64,000 nt of DNA from Puccinia triticina (taxonomy: Eukaryota), in assembly GCA_026914245.1 (NCBI GenBank), contig CP110439.1, positions 8,556,001-8,620,000 of the forward strand, given 5' to 3'. Of the stretch, positions 39,896 to 52,642 are shown piece by piece. Both the position numbers and the translations under genes were made by a program. The notes under the pieces were generated by a model. That model made no database searches and had not been told where the DNA came from. It was given only the letters and a program-made list of their open reading frames with translations. Position 1 is the stretch's first letter. Each line of letters starts with the position of its first letter.

Positions 39896-41407
39896 GAGTA
39901 TAGATATCCGGATGCGGTGAGTTTTGTCTCCCTACCCCTACATTAAGTTGGCCCGTCACTAACTGTCCCGTTCGCACCCTGCGCGTTTCCTCACAGGAGC
40001 AATTGTGGTCGATCTCGGTGCCGCGACGATTCCCCGATGCCCCTCTTGTTTCCTACGCTCTTTTCCCGGCTTGCTTGCACGCGAAAGCTCTAACATTTTC
40101 CTTGCTTGCACGCGAAAGCCCTAACATTTTCCCCCGTCTCACACTCGTTTAATAATCCTAATAATCATGACAACTGATTGATTTCTGCAAATGTAAATAA
40201 ACGAAGCTTGTGTCCAAACCCAGCCGCTCAATTGCATGTTATTGACACCACCTCATATCTACCAAAAAACTTCTCATAATCTTGCTTTACGCAGTGCTGC
40301 CTCTTTTAGAGAAACCGCCACTTGGCTGCAGACGGATGACAAGTTTGGAGGTCCATGGACCGCGTCTGAGTAAAAATTGACCTTGTTAAGGCTGCGACAA
40401 GCCACTATCCACTTCCTATGAGCTGATACTCGTTGACACACCGGCTGATCTACGCAGAGATACACTGCCTCCTGTACCCGCTCTAATGGGCGCACATGAG
40501 AGCCGGTCCTGGCGGGTCCGGGGCGCTATGCTTGCAGTGGATGCCACTCTCGAGAAGCGTTTGCTGGCCTCCTCCTCTCACAAACCCGCTTGGTTTGTTT
40601 TGTCGATCCCGATCCCAGACGACGCGGGCAGTTAGGTATCTTTATCCTCCCTGTCTGAAGGATCGATGAGGAATCATTTTCGGGCCGATCAATTGGATCG
40701 GTCTAAGAGCATGGCAGAAGTAATTACCCGAGCCCCAGCTGACGATACCCTACTCCCCACTTAACCAAGTCCCTCTATGGGAGTGGGGACGCCGTTCCGC
40801 GGGGACCGCAAACTGAAAAGTGGTAAATTTCCAAAACTGGCAGGAACCATTTTCATTGCGTTTTCGAATGACTGTAGTTCAGTTGTGAACGCAAGTTAAG
40901 GTTATTGGGAGGAAACCTGAGCAAACGGTGCTCGACTCATGTGAAACCGGCTGAGAGTGGATGAATCGTGAGAGAGGCAGCTGGACTCCGGAGTCCAATC
41001 TTCGGAATGTGTTTGCAATGTGTACATATCGTGGTGAGTGGAGGGGACAACAGGCGACAACATGCCGAGGCCAAGATGGCCTCGATCAATGCCCTTCAAT
41101 AGCCTTCAATGCCTGTCTCACCAGGTCTCACCCGATTGCGAATCAAATAAGTACAATTTACATAGACATTTGATTTCTGTCAAGCTTTGGGCTGACTGCT
41201 CGGCACTGCATCAAATGGCATGAGAAGGGGACGAACAGTTTCTCATGGTGGAAGGACGAGGCCGGTTGGAAAGGGATAAATGGCTGACCATCACCCCGTC
41301 TCGGCGTCCCTCATCCGCACACCAACTCATATTCAGCCACAGCTTCAACCACTACACTCTCCACTTTCCCTTGAACAACCCCCTGTTGCCAACCCCAGCC
41401 ATCCAAC

Positions 41408-41912
41408 ATGCGCTTCACTGCCGTCGCTCTTGCTGCCACCCTGGCTTTCGCTCAAGCGACTGCCGCCGAGCTTTCCACGCTCGCCGTTGAGAAGCGTGGT
41501 ATTTTCGACTTCCTGATTCCTGGTGGAGGTCTCCCCGAAACCGGAATGTCGTGTGGCCACAATCGCAACCTCGTCGGCTTGGGCCTCGGCAACGCTAACA
41601 CCTGCACGATGGTGAACAACGGTGGTGCCACGGGTCCTATGCGATGTGGCGGAGCTGAATCCCTCCTCCAAGTCGACATCAGCCAGTACAACGGTTGTAG
41701 CATGCAGAACAATGCCCAGGCCGACACATGTGCACTATTTTGGAGCCCCAACTGTGGACTCCTATCCCCACCCAGCAGCGGCTTATTCGCTAAGAGCACC
41801 GATGTAAGTCTTTGTAGGAGACACGATTACTCCATATGACCAAACACTGACCACAATACATATCCTGTGACAGGATATGAAGGTTGGTGCCGAGAACAAG
41901 GACCAAGCCTAA
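41408..41912 (+). CDS. Small secreted cysteine-containing protein, candidate effector (copy 2; exons 41408-41803 and 41874-41912)
   Basis: Paralog of the 39423 gene with the same intron position; 6 Cys. Confidence 0.85.
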
Positions 41913-43164
41913 GTAGGCCGCTTGATATGGTCTGATGTGGTCGGTTTTGATTCCCTAACTCTACGCTGAGTTCGCTGGTGACTGACCCGTTCTTTTCAAC
42001 TTGCTGAATCGCTCACAGGGCGAATTGGCGTCGATCTCGGCGCGATGATTTTTCGACGGCCTCTCTCGGTCCCAATCCTTATATTTGATCACGAAGCCTC
42101 TTTCCATTCCATGCTCTTACATTCGTTTAATAATCCTAACAATCATGATCATTGATTTTTGTATATGCAAACAACCCAAGCCTGTGTCCCCAACTCTGCT
42201 GCCCAATTGCATGTTATTCACGCCAGCTCGTATGTTTCAAAAAGAACTGTCATGTTGCTTTACGCAGTGCTGCCCCATTGAGACACACAGTGTGTCCACA
42301 CTGCCATATAGCAGGAGATGTGTGCAAAGGCTGGACAATTCCCTTCAAGAACCTGGTGAGGCCATTTGGAGAAAGCCTTGAAGACTTCCAAACAATGTTG
42401 CCAGCCGATGATGTATCGGTCTTCTGTACAGCATGTCGAGGAATTATTTTCCAGCCGATCCATTGTATCGGTCCGAGAGAATGGCAGGAGTATTTCCTCG
42501 TAATTCTCGGCTTCCTTCGATCGGAGGTGTGAGCACAAATCCCCCCCCCCCCCACCCACGTCCACTGTGGCTTATCACGAAACCACGTCGGATCCCCTTC
42601 CCACTGAGTCGCGGGCTGCTTGGTGATATGGCCTGGTGTTATGCCTCTCCGGGGGAGAGAAGTTGCCCGCTACGATCGGGTTATCTACCTTTCCTTCCCT
42701 CTAATAAGCTCTCACATTTGTTTACTGTTGTTCTCATCCCAAACCAATGATTTTTCCCTTTGTGAACAAGCGAAGCTTCGTCCCATTCCCCGCCGTCATT
42801 TTGATCCTGCTGTGATGTCCCAAATGATCCTCGCATGTGGCCATTATCAACTTTCGAATTATCAATTAGGTCATAAATCACTTGTTGGGTGAGCTACAAA
42901 AAAGCTATGCAGTCATGCAGTACACGAAGTATGCAAACAACAAGTAAATAGGTAGAGCAACCAACCGGTGGCCATGTAGAGCTCAAGTTGGTACTCCTAC
43001 AAAATACTGCAAACAGTCAAGGATACATGATTCCAAAAGTAGTATTTTGAAGGCCATGGCGTGTGTGAAGAGCGCTGGAAGATAGCAAACAGTCTCCTCG
43101 GCAGACGCATCACAATCTAGTCATGAAAATGGCAACCCGATGTTTTGTGATGAGTTCCGATATA

Positions 43165-44708
43165 TCAATACAATAAGTCGCGCTCCAATCGTTCTCTTGC
43201 AAGGTAATCGTCCTCTTCCAACTCTCTCCTCGCAAAGTTATCATCGAGGCCCAGTTGGATGTCCGGGTACCGATCGTAATCGACCATGACGGGATCTCTC
43301 AAACCAGAATCTAGAATTCCAGTACCTTGGATATAGCGAGCATCATCGTCCAAGCGTCTCTCGGCTCGATATAGTTCTTCGTCATCTAGTCGGTTCTCCA
43401 ATCTTCTCTCCTGGTCGTATAGCATCTCTTCCCCTGCAAGCCTGTCTAGACGGCGGTCCTGGTCGTAGATCAGGTCTCTGTCGTAATTCCGTTCTTGCTC
43501 ATAAAGGACATTATCCATCATTTGGTTTTCGAGGGCTCTCTCTCGATCATGAAGGATGTTATCCTCGAGTCGGTCTCGCAGATAGTGTTCCTGATTTTCG
43601 AGTCTCCTTTCAGCGTTTTCGAGTGCGTGATATTGGACGTCTTGATTGAGACGGCGTTCTGAATCTAAAAGATGATCGACGTGAAGGCCGTTCTGAGCGT
43701 AGCGTAATTGCGAATCCAAATGACGATCGTTGAGAGGAACGGTGCTCGAGTCGTTCCAAACCGGTGCGTAACGATGACTGAGAGTTGATGAGAGGGGGAG
43801 GAAACTGGAGTCCCATCCTCGGATCTTGTTTGCAAACCGGCTGCGCCAGTCTGGGCGGTGATGAAAGGGATTTCCGTAGCGCTCTCCCCACCACGAGTGA
43901 TCGGACAGCCCGAGAAGGAGCCGATCGGTCTTAAAGAACATCCTGTATGGTTAGCACCTGCAAGGATGGAATTGACAGGGAATATCTCATACATACATGG
44001 GCCATCGTTCTGTAATGTCGAATTCGTTCAGCTTCCTCTAACTCTTCGAACGCTAATCGCATTCTCCAGCGTCGCAAGCGTTCCTCTTCGGTAAGGTGAC
44101 GGTTCATTCGCAAGGCTGCCTAGAGATTGTTTTGATCAAGCGGATCCAAATTGGGGAAAGCGATGAGGTTGTGAAGAAAATGATATTTCAATGAAGGTTG
44201 ATGGAATGGGTCGCGTACCTCATACTCTAGCAGATCACCATAGGAGCCGTAGTAATCTACACAAGGAAATTGTCAAGGAATCGAGCAGGGCCAGCTCAAG
44301 TTGAGACAGCTCCAGAGACCTACCATCCTCCAAGTTGTAATAGCACGCATGGAGATTGCGGTCATACGCGCGATTATTAAAGCGATACGTATAAGGCCCG
44401 TAGCTAGCTGGTCTCCAGACGCCACCTAGAACGCAGGTAACGCCGTGATTGGATACAATTATTTCAAGTGTTGGGGTAATTCGCGGACAGTTCTCCGAGA
44501 TGCGTGTCATATACATTTGTTGAGGTGTTGCATACCTAAATCATAGCTCCCGCCTGTTCGTTCGACAACGCCAGGTCGGGAATAGGCGAGATCGGGACGC
44601 GAATACGAACCTTTGCGAGACGAACCGAGTTATGAAGCAGGATCAATAACTTTCTGAGATGATTTTTCCGAACACAAGATACATGTCATCCAACTCACGT
44701 CTAAGCAT
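43165..44708 (-). CDS. Hypothetical protein with R/D/E/Y-rich ERRL repeats (paralog of 50432-51914), multi-exon
   Basis: Exons ..AYDRNLHACYYNLEDG / DYYGSYGDLLEY / EERLRRWRMRLAFEELEEAER / LLLGLSDHSWWGERYG, then a repeat tail. Start inferred from a micro-exon at 44708. Confidence 0.7.
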
Positions 44709-45464
44709 TGCTCCGCCTGAATTGTTGGGATAGCGCATAGATCAGTTCAAGAGAAGATGAGGCTGAGAGGGTTCTGGATGGGATAGATATCTTGACCGTT
44801 CAAGATTATCAAGAATCTAATTGGTATTTATATAAATTGGTCAAGCTGCTCCCAGCTTCTTGTCTGTAGCTTCTAGACTTCTGTCGATATCCACGCAGCC
44901 TCTGCCTCCCAAGTCCCAATCCAAGCCCGATCGGACAGCGACGGTAGGCAAGGCGGTGTTGTGTGATACATCATACGCTTGTTTGGCAAGCTCGGCTGGA
45001 TACATAAAATATGTAACCCATACATCAGCTGCTCGGCTGCTCACTGAGCTCGAGCTGCTGCTAGGTTCAACCGGCCTGGCCGCTCCAGCCGAGACCTTGT
45101 TTCTGTCTGCGGCCAGTTTCTGAAGAAATGAGCGGGATCTCGTATGGGCTTGCCGGCATCGCTTGGGGTCCTTTGGAGCCTGAATTCCGAGCTCTGGTGT
45201 TGGACGGTCTCCTTCTAACCCTCGCCGTTCGGGGGGGTTTCAAGAAGGAAAGGCTCCGCAAATTGGCAAATTTTCCAGGTGTGGCGAGCACTGTTGGATC
45301 CGGGCAACAGAGCAAAAGGCTTTCTGGGGGGCCGCACACCAGAAGGGGGTTTGGGCAGGCCCATCCGGCCCGCGCCCGGCGGCCCCGCCCCGTTCTGGAC
45401 CCTGGTCACCCTTTGCATCCGGCTCGAGCCAACACCCAGCAAGGATTACTCCGCACACCTCGCC

Positions 45465-47128
45465 ATGTCTTCGAGTCAGACACCCTCCGGCGGGGCGTCA
45501 GCCAAAGTCGTGCTGACCCCTGAATCAATGGTATACTTTATTGATCTGGTCTTGGCTAGTCCGAGTTGAGAGCTGATATATCGTCCTTTTGTTGCAGAGT
45601 AGCTTGAAGATGGCCAAGGTCTTCAGAACGCACAATGCCCCCGGTTCTTCGTTCACGTCAATTTCCTTTGACGATCGGGGCGAGCACCTAATCACCACCG
45701 CGGAAGATGAGACGTTGCAACTCTTTGGAGCCCGTAATGGAAAGTAAGCAGTCTCTTGTTTTCGGTACTCGATCGTATATTCATAATCCTTTATCCATTC
45801 CGCTAGACATCTAAAACAGGCCTTCTCCAAAAAGTACGGCTGCTCTCTCGCCCGGTTTACTCACAAATCATCAGCTGTCATCCACGCATCAACAAAAGAG
45901 GATGGTTAGCAAGCTTCCTCGATCGAATAAACCTAACAGGATTCGGCACACCTTTTCACTAATTTCTTTTCGAATGAATTCATTAGATACCATTCGATAT
46001 CTTTCTCTACATGATAATACGTACATTCGATATTTCAAGGGGCACAAGCGAAGGTTGGTTGGCTTCGGCGATAGAAATACAATCACCAGGCTAACCAGTT
46101 TTCTCATTCGGCTCCAAACTCAGGGTAGTATCTCTGGAAATGTCGCCGCGTGACGATACAGTATTATCTGGCTCGACTGACGACACCGTCCGATTGTGGG
46201 ATTTACGATCGGCTTCATGTCAGGTTTGTGTCGTGATTCACACTGCATCCCTGTGGTTTCCTGCTAGTTGATTCACTGTTCCGATCGTCGAAATATCTAG
46301 GGAGTTTTAAACATTGCTGGCCAGCCTTGCGTCGCGTTCGATCCATCTGGCTTGGTCTTTGCGATTGCACTAAATATGAAACAAACTATCTTGCTTTATG
46401 ATCTACGAGAATTTGATTCTGTTCGTCCCCTTTCCCATCTCAAATCATCAACTGCTTGATCTTTGTACCTACTCAACCCTCCACTCATGCACAGGAACCG
46501 TTCATCGCGAAGCATATTGAAGATCCCGTACTGGCAAGAAGATCATATCCGCCCCCACCCCCAAACTTGTTTACCTCGCTCAAATTCTCTAATGACGGAT
46601 CAAAGCTTCTGGTCGGGACGGCTGGTGATGTCCATTATGTTTTGGACGCATTTAACGGCGATATCTTGGCGCGACTAGAAGGTACTTTGACTGTCCGCCA
46701 TGCTTAACGAGCCTATCTGATCATTGGGATCATACTCGATCTTTTGACACTCAGGTCACCAGGGACTTGGATCGGCGCCTCCACTCGACTCAATGCTTCC
46801 TGGACAATCTGGTTCATCTGAAGAAACAACGTGGACGCCTGACAGCAGATACGTGTTTTCTGGAAGCGCGAATGGTAAGGTGTTTGTCTGGGATGTCCAA
46901 CCACCCAAGGATGACCCGATTCATGCGATGCGTGCCCCGCAAAGCCCTCATGCTACTTGGGAGCCATTGAAAATTTACGATGGTCACTTAGGCAACCCGG
47001 CGAGATGTGTTGCATTTAACCCTCGTCTGGGTATGCTTGCCACCGCCGCCACTGAACTTTCATTTTGGTTGCCCGGGCATGCGGGTGGTACAAGCAATGA
47101 TCACGGAGATGTCGAAATGCATTCTTAA
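45465..47128 (+). CDS. SWD2: WD40 protein Swd2/Cps35/WDR82 (COMPASS/CPF subunit), multi-exon
   Basis: [66 protein letters not shown] and VAFNPR motifs. Confidence 0.93.
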
Positions 47129-48198
47129 AACCACCTTCGGATCTGAATTTCCTTGTTTTGTTGTACCATTGAGAAAAGTCACCCTGATCAATATTCTAGA
47201 CACGTGACTAAACCGCCGTTCCCCGTTTTTGTTAGGCCAATCCGCCACATAAATTGCGGGTTGTGACATTCGAAGAGATGAATCACAGTCATTCCACCAG
47301 TTGACCACCCAGCTCCCAGCTGAGAGGAGTACATTTGCCGGCCAGCACCCTCGATCTCAATAGTCAGCACAGACTGGTCATTGAGAGGACACACTCCCTC
47401 AATGGCCTGTCAGTAGCACCAGACAAAAAATCACATCTTGACGAAAAAAAAAAACCGCGGGTACTGCTGGTACCCGCCTAAGGCCGCTGGTCCCCGGGTC
47501 CATTTCAACATTCTCTAAGCTTCATAAGGTCCTTAAACCAGATAGATGTTAAGCGTATTACTGATTTCAAAATGTACTGTGCTCCAAGAGCAGGCTCATA
47601 TTAAAGCCTGCCCTGAAGAGAGCACAAGACAAGGTTGAAGACGGTCTCCAATCTTATTGGCCATTCCACCCAAGTTTGCTCTGGTCCTTTGGAATCCACC
47701 ATGAGGATAGGCTGGGTCGAAATTCAATTTCTGGATCTAAGAGGAGGGGGGAGGGGCGCTGGGATTGTGGATTTCTTTAGTATCTTTCAAGGATTTCAAT
47801 CCAATTTTCATTTTATGGTAGATACGATTGATGGAAAAATGATGATTTTCTTCTGTTTATTCTTGTATAGCCAGATTTTATCGGTATAGTATGAGAGGGA
47901 AAAAAGCGAGGGGGATGGAAATCACGAGTGAGGAGATGGAATGATTGTGGCACCGCACAATAACAAAGAAAAAAGCACGATGGGGACCTGTGACAAAACA
48001 AAACAAAAAACCATGATTGAAGGAATAGGAAGACTTGTGCTGAAATTCAGGATGAAAAGACAAGGATGTACAAATCACAGGTCTTGAAAGTGGAAGAATG
48101 GAGTATGGGGGAAGATATTTCTAAACCAGCAGAAGAAGTGCGCGCTTCACAGAAGCCAGTCGATTCGGCGATTGGTGATGTGTTTCCAAACGGTCGGA

Positions 48199-48855
48199 TC
48201 AGAAAATGAAGTCGCCGAAGATGTCCGAGTCATTGACGCTTGTGATAAGATGATCCTGGGCCGTATTTTGATGAAAGTCAGATGACTTGGTTGGAAGGTG
48301 GTAGTTTTTGTTTTCCCTGGGAAGAACTGAACCAGGCCGGGCGGGGCTGCTCTCCTCGGTCTTCTCGAGTTGGGTTCGAAGGATAGGCAGATTCCGTCTG
48401 ATCAATTCACGCTCTTCGCTCGTGTAGGTAAAGAAATCTGGCAGAAGCCTTCCGTCCAGCCGATCGGTTCCATCGTCCAGATCCTCCGCCTCGTTTTGGA
48501 GAGACGACCTTCGGGACAACGCCGACAAATCGTCCTGGCACTCGTAGTCCTCAAAGGGGAGTAATTTTTCAAATTCGAATGCTGTTGAGTAGCTGTCTTC
48601 AATCACCACGACAACGTTTGATTGGAAGCGTTCGGTGTTTGGGTATGGACTAGAAACCAATTGAGATGGCGGGTTGACGATCTCAAAAAAGGTGGCGATT
48701 GAGCTTGAGCCGGATGCGTCACTGCTACTCCAACGATTCCTGTTGTGGCTCATAGTCTCGTCCTGGGGAGCTTCATCCATCTCTTGAGCGATGGCATTGG
48801 ACGAGCTCGAAAGCTCGCACTCTTGGTTGCTGAGTTCTTGGTTGAATACCGACAT
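48199..48855 (-). CDS. Hypothetical acidic/Ser-rich protein
   Basis: 218-aa ORF with coding-like composition; no recognisable domain. Confidence 0.5.
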   Translation of the reverse strand: MSVFNQELSNQECELSSSSNAIAQEMDEAPQDETMSHNRNRWSSSDASGSSSIATFFEIVNPPSQLVSSPYPNTERFQSNVVVVIEDSYSTAFEFEKLLPFEDYECQDDLSALSRRSSLQNEAEDLDDGTDRLDGRLLPDFFTYTSEERELIRRNLPILRTQLEKTEESSPARPGSVLPRENKNYHLPTKSSDFHQNTAQDHLITSVNDSDIFGDFIF

Positions 48856-50431
48856 TCTTCCTCGGGTGTGAAGATCTGTGTACTGGTCGAGGACTGGGTT
48901 TCTTCAGAATTCCTGCCGGGGTATTCTATAAGTTGTGAAAAGAAGGGCGATTGAAGGTGAAGGAAGAAGATTGGTTGATAAAGGATAGATCAGGTAACGG
49001 AAGCGAAGGGATTGAGGTGGATGTGTGTATGATTAAGTCTAAGAATAGTTATCCTGCGGGCAGAGGGAAATCAAGGCAAGCAAGCGCAGGGTTTTAAAGG
49101 CGAAAGGAGAGGGAACAGGAGATGTGTGAAGTTGAATGTGAATGTGAAGAGATGGCAGTGAAAATTAGATGTGCCTGGTTCTACTCGCCTTCTTCTTGGC
49201 TACTGGTTTGGTTATTATGGTAAGGAAGGGGGAGAATTAAATGAAAAGAGACTAGAGCTTGGGCAGGCTGGGAACGGACAGGGTGGAGATGGCACGGTGG
49301 GCTTGCCAGTTGTATGCTGACCGTCTTAAATGAAGCCAGCGATGATGGAGGGCTTGCTTTGCTATCACCGCTTGAAGATGCTGCCAAGAATCCTGCAGGT
49401 CTCATGAGTCATGGCCGGGCGCCGGTCAGTGGTGACTCGCCGACCGATTTGGGCTGGGTTGACACCAGGATTGATCGCCCCACGCGTCTTGGGGAATTGT
49501 CATGGATGGTCAGTCACTGATTCCACGACGCTTCACATAAGACTCAGCATCTCGGAGTGTGTTATCTCTCCTAGCTTCGAGCTAAGGAGCAACTGAGGAA
49601 GCGAAGGTGATCAACTGATTCCGGGCTTCATGGTTTCTCCTCAGCTAGCAGGCAGCCATAGAGTCCTGGCCCATCTTTCCTCGTCCGCCTGGTTCATCTT
49701 CCAAGTCACACAGCGATAAATGAATAAACATTTACATAAATCTTGAGTGCGGCAAAAGACCGAGAAAATATTTTATATAATCCCAGCCACGAAACACAGA
49801 ATAGCGGAGCTGCCATTGACATCGACTGCCCGATGATTGCCGAGCCGGCCGGCCCGGCGAATGGAGCTGTGTTCAGTGCTCACTGTGTCCGCGTTGCTGT
49901 GGCGGTCTGTTGACTGAGACTCTCACGTGACATGTCTCCCCCAATAAAATATGATATGCCCTCCAGCCCTCCACTTTCCAGCTGCATCGACTTTCTCCAC
50001 AGGGCGGATATACCATCCACCCCAAGCTGGTTGATATACAACCTTCTTAGCCGTACAAACCTCCCGAGACTCCTCAAAGCATTGGACCACTCATCCTGAA
50101 TCGGCCGTGAAAGCTTTCTGGAGTCCTGTTGTGAGTTTGGGTTGTTTGATCACCAGGCAACCAGTAAGAAGTACCTCGGAAGACCGATATCTAGGATATC
50201 TTCTCCAGCCGTTTCCCCAGTGAAACAAGTCCCCCCTCAAAAGTCAGCTTCCTCTCCAGCGAAGTCTCCTGACTTGAACCGTTGCCCCACGTAGGTCCGA
50301 CTTCCCTGCCATCTTTTTCTCCCGCTCAGAACGCGACTATCACTTTCGCCGGAAGCATACGTACCGAAACTTCACAGGCTGATTTGGACTGCTCCCGTTC
50401 GTTATACACCAAGACCGGGAAATCTATCACG

Positions 50432-51914
50432 ATGATGAACCAAGATTACGCAAGAGGTTCTTTCTTTCCGTCTTCCTCTTAAACTCGTTGCAGTGCAGAA
50501 TCGGAACAAGCTTGTGACTTTGCCCCTCTTCTTCTTCTTTTGATCTCTCCCTAAAACACGCGCGCGTGTTAACCTCCAGAGCGATCTCGATCACCTTTTC
50601 GGCCCAGTAGTGCTTACAGTCACCACAGCCATCACAGTCGCAGCTCATCCCCAGCTCTTGGTTTGTTTCAGATCCCCTATTTGATTTTCGACTTTGCACT
50701 TTGTTCAACCCCAACGTTTTTCTTTCCTGAAGCTGGTGGTTGGAGGAACGAGGCACTGTCTCCTGCAAACAGCTATGTCGATGATTATTATAATCCAAAC
50801 GCTTATGATCACGATCTCTGCAGAAACTACTACGGTGTGGAAGATGGTCTGTTTTTTCTTTTCCTGGGCATGTTCCTTTTTTCAAATAGGCTCTGGCTAT
50901 ACTCACACATCTTGACTCAACCTGCAGATTACTACGGCGCATACGGAGATCTTTTAGACTACGAGGTAACAATCCGTCTTAACATTCATCAAGGGAAGTC
51001 ATTAACATCAGTCTACGACGATTGTAGGAAAATCTTCGATTGACAGCTGATTTGGATGAAACCGAGCGATTAAGACGTTGGCGGGATCGATTGGCTTTTG
51101 AAGAATTACAAGAAACCGAAAGATCGAGAAGATATGAATTAATGGCTGAAGTAAGTTGATCCCCAACAAATTAGTTCTTCGTGGCTCAGCAGATAAAAAG
51201 GAAGAAAAAAAAAACATGTCTTTCGAGTGCATTGACATCATATATCATCAACAGGAAGAAAGGCTTCGATTGGGATTGATCGGAGGTTCTTGGTGGGCTC
51301 GCCGCTATGGACATCACCATTCTCATAATGGCCGTCACACCCCTTCACTCACTGGAGGGTGGAAGAATTACTATGGAAACCGGTTGAGACGATGGAGCTC
51401 GAACCGAATGCCGTTATCGTCACCGTTAGCCTCTCGATTTGAAAGGATCTGGTGCAATCCGAATTCCTCCCGCCGTAGACTTTCAAATGCAGCAGCCATG
51501 AACTCGAAGCTGGAACTGTTGAATCAAGAACAGATGAGATTATCGAACGAATTGATCAGGATCAGAGAAGATGCTAGAATCAGAGAGATAGAGATCCAAA
51601 GAGAACAAAATCGGATCGAGCAAGAGATCTTAATGGAGAGAGAACGAATCAAGGAAAATTTATATAGGGTCCAGAAAGCTCAACAGGAGCAAGTTGAAAG
51701 AGAAATCATACAGAGGAATCGAGTAGAACAAGAAATGTATCGCGAATCTTTGCGAAACTTGGAAAATCAACGCCAAATGGTCGATATCGAACGCCAACGA
51801 ATCCAAAACCAACATCTCAGAAACCAGGTTGTTTCTGATCTCCAATCCCAGGAGCAGGAGCTACGTCTACGGAGAGAGCTTGAATTGGCTGGTAGTGGAC
51901 TCTACAAATACTAG
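50432..51914 (+). CDS. Hypothetical coiled-coil protein, paralog of 43165-44708, multi-exon
   Basis: Exons NAYDHDLCRNYYGVEDG / DYYGAYGDLLDYE / ETERLRRWRDRLAFEELQETER / EERLRLGLIGGSWWARRYG, then a Q/E/R coiled coil. Start approximate. Confidence 0.7.
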
Positions 51915-52519
51915 TCAAGCTTCCTGCTTCCTCGGAGTCGAAAGCTTGGCTTTTTTTTCTTCGGCTATACTAATGAAGTATATGTTACTTTCTTTTGATC
52001 TTGGCAAATTTATCTCTTTGACTGCTCGACACCCACCAGAAAGGACCCCGAAATACAAGATAAGAAAAACCCATCCGCCCTCATTATGTTTCTATTTCAC
52101 ATCTGTTTGCCCAAGAGGCCGGTACCTTTCAAAGCAGTACTTCCAAAACATGATCAGCAAACATCCTGAAGAAACACGAGTCGCCTATGTGCGCAATGTT
52201 TTACTTGTACAGCTGCCTTCTCTGCTTCTCTATTCTTGAATTTTCACATGTTTGTCCTTGTATGTATGAACAACAATTCATCACGACAAGGTTTGAAGGT
52301 TGCACAAAAACCATTTTACTTAACTCAATAGCCATCAAAAATCATTTTACTCAACTCAAATATAGCAATCAAAAATCATTTTTCAGGTTTTACCACAATT
52401 GGTATGTATGTCAACACAAGCGCGTTGGGCAGTTGTCATGCATCAACTTGACCTGAATGATACATATATTGGACAACCAGTACATGGCTGGCTTGGTGGC
52501 CTCATGTCAACTTAACGCA

Positions 52520-52642
52520 CCGGCGGCCAAATTAGATCTTTATCTAGAGGAACAAAACCTCATTGTCCCCGACGGTTCCCACTTCAACCTGCTTGACTGG
52601 TGGAAATTGAATGCCTCAAGATTCCCTTCTTTATCCAAGCTT
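52520..52642 (+). mobile_element. hAT transposase C-terminal dimerisation-domain remnant
   Basis: LDLYLEE..FNLLDWWKLNASRFPSLSKL is the hATC signature; truncated. Confidence 0.8.

Noticed and set aside
40070..40131. ~31-bp tandem duplication (CTTGCTTGCACGCGAAAGC..AACATTTTC x2)
   Set aside because: A simple local slippage duplication in a 3' region with no further structure.
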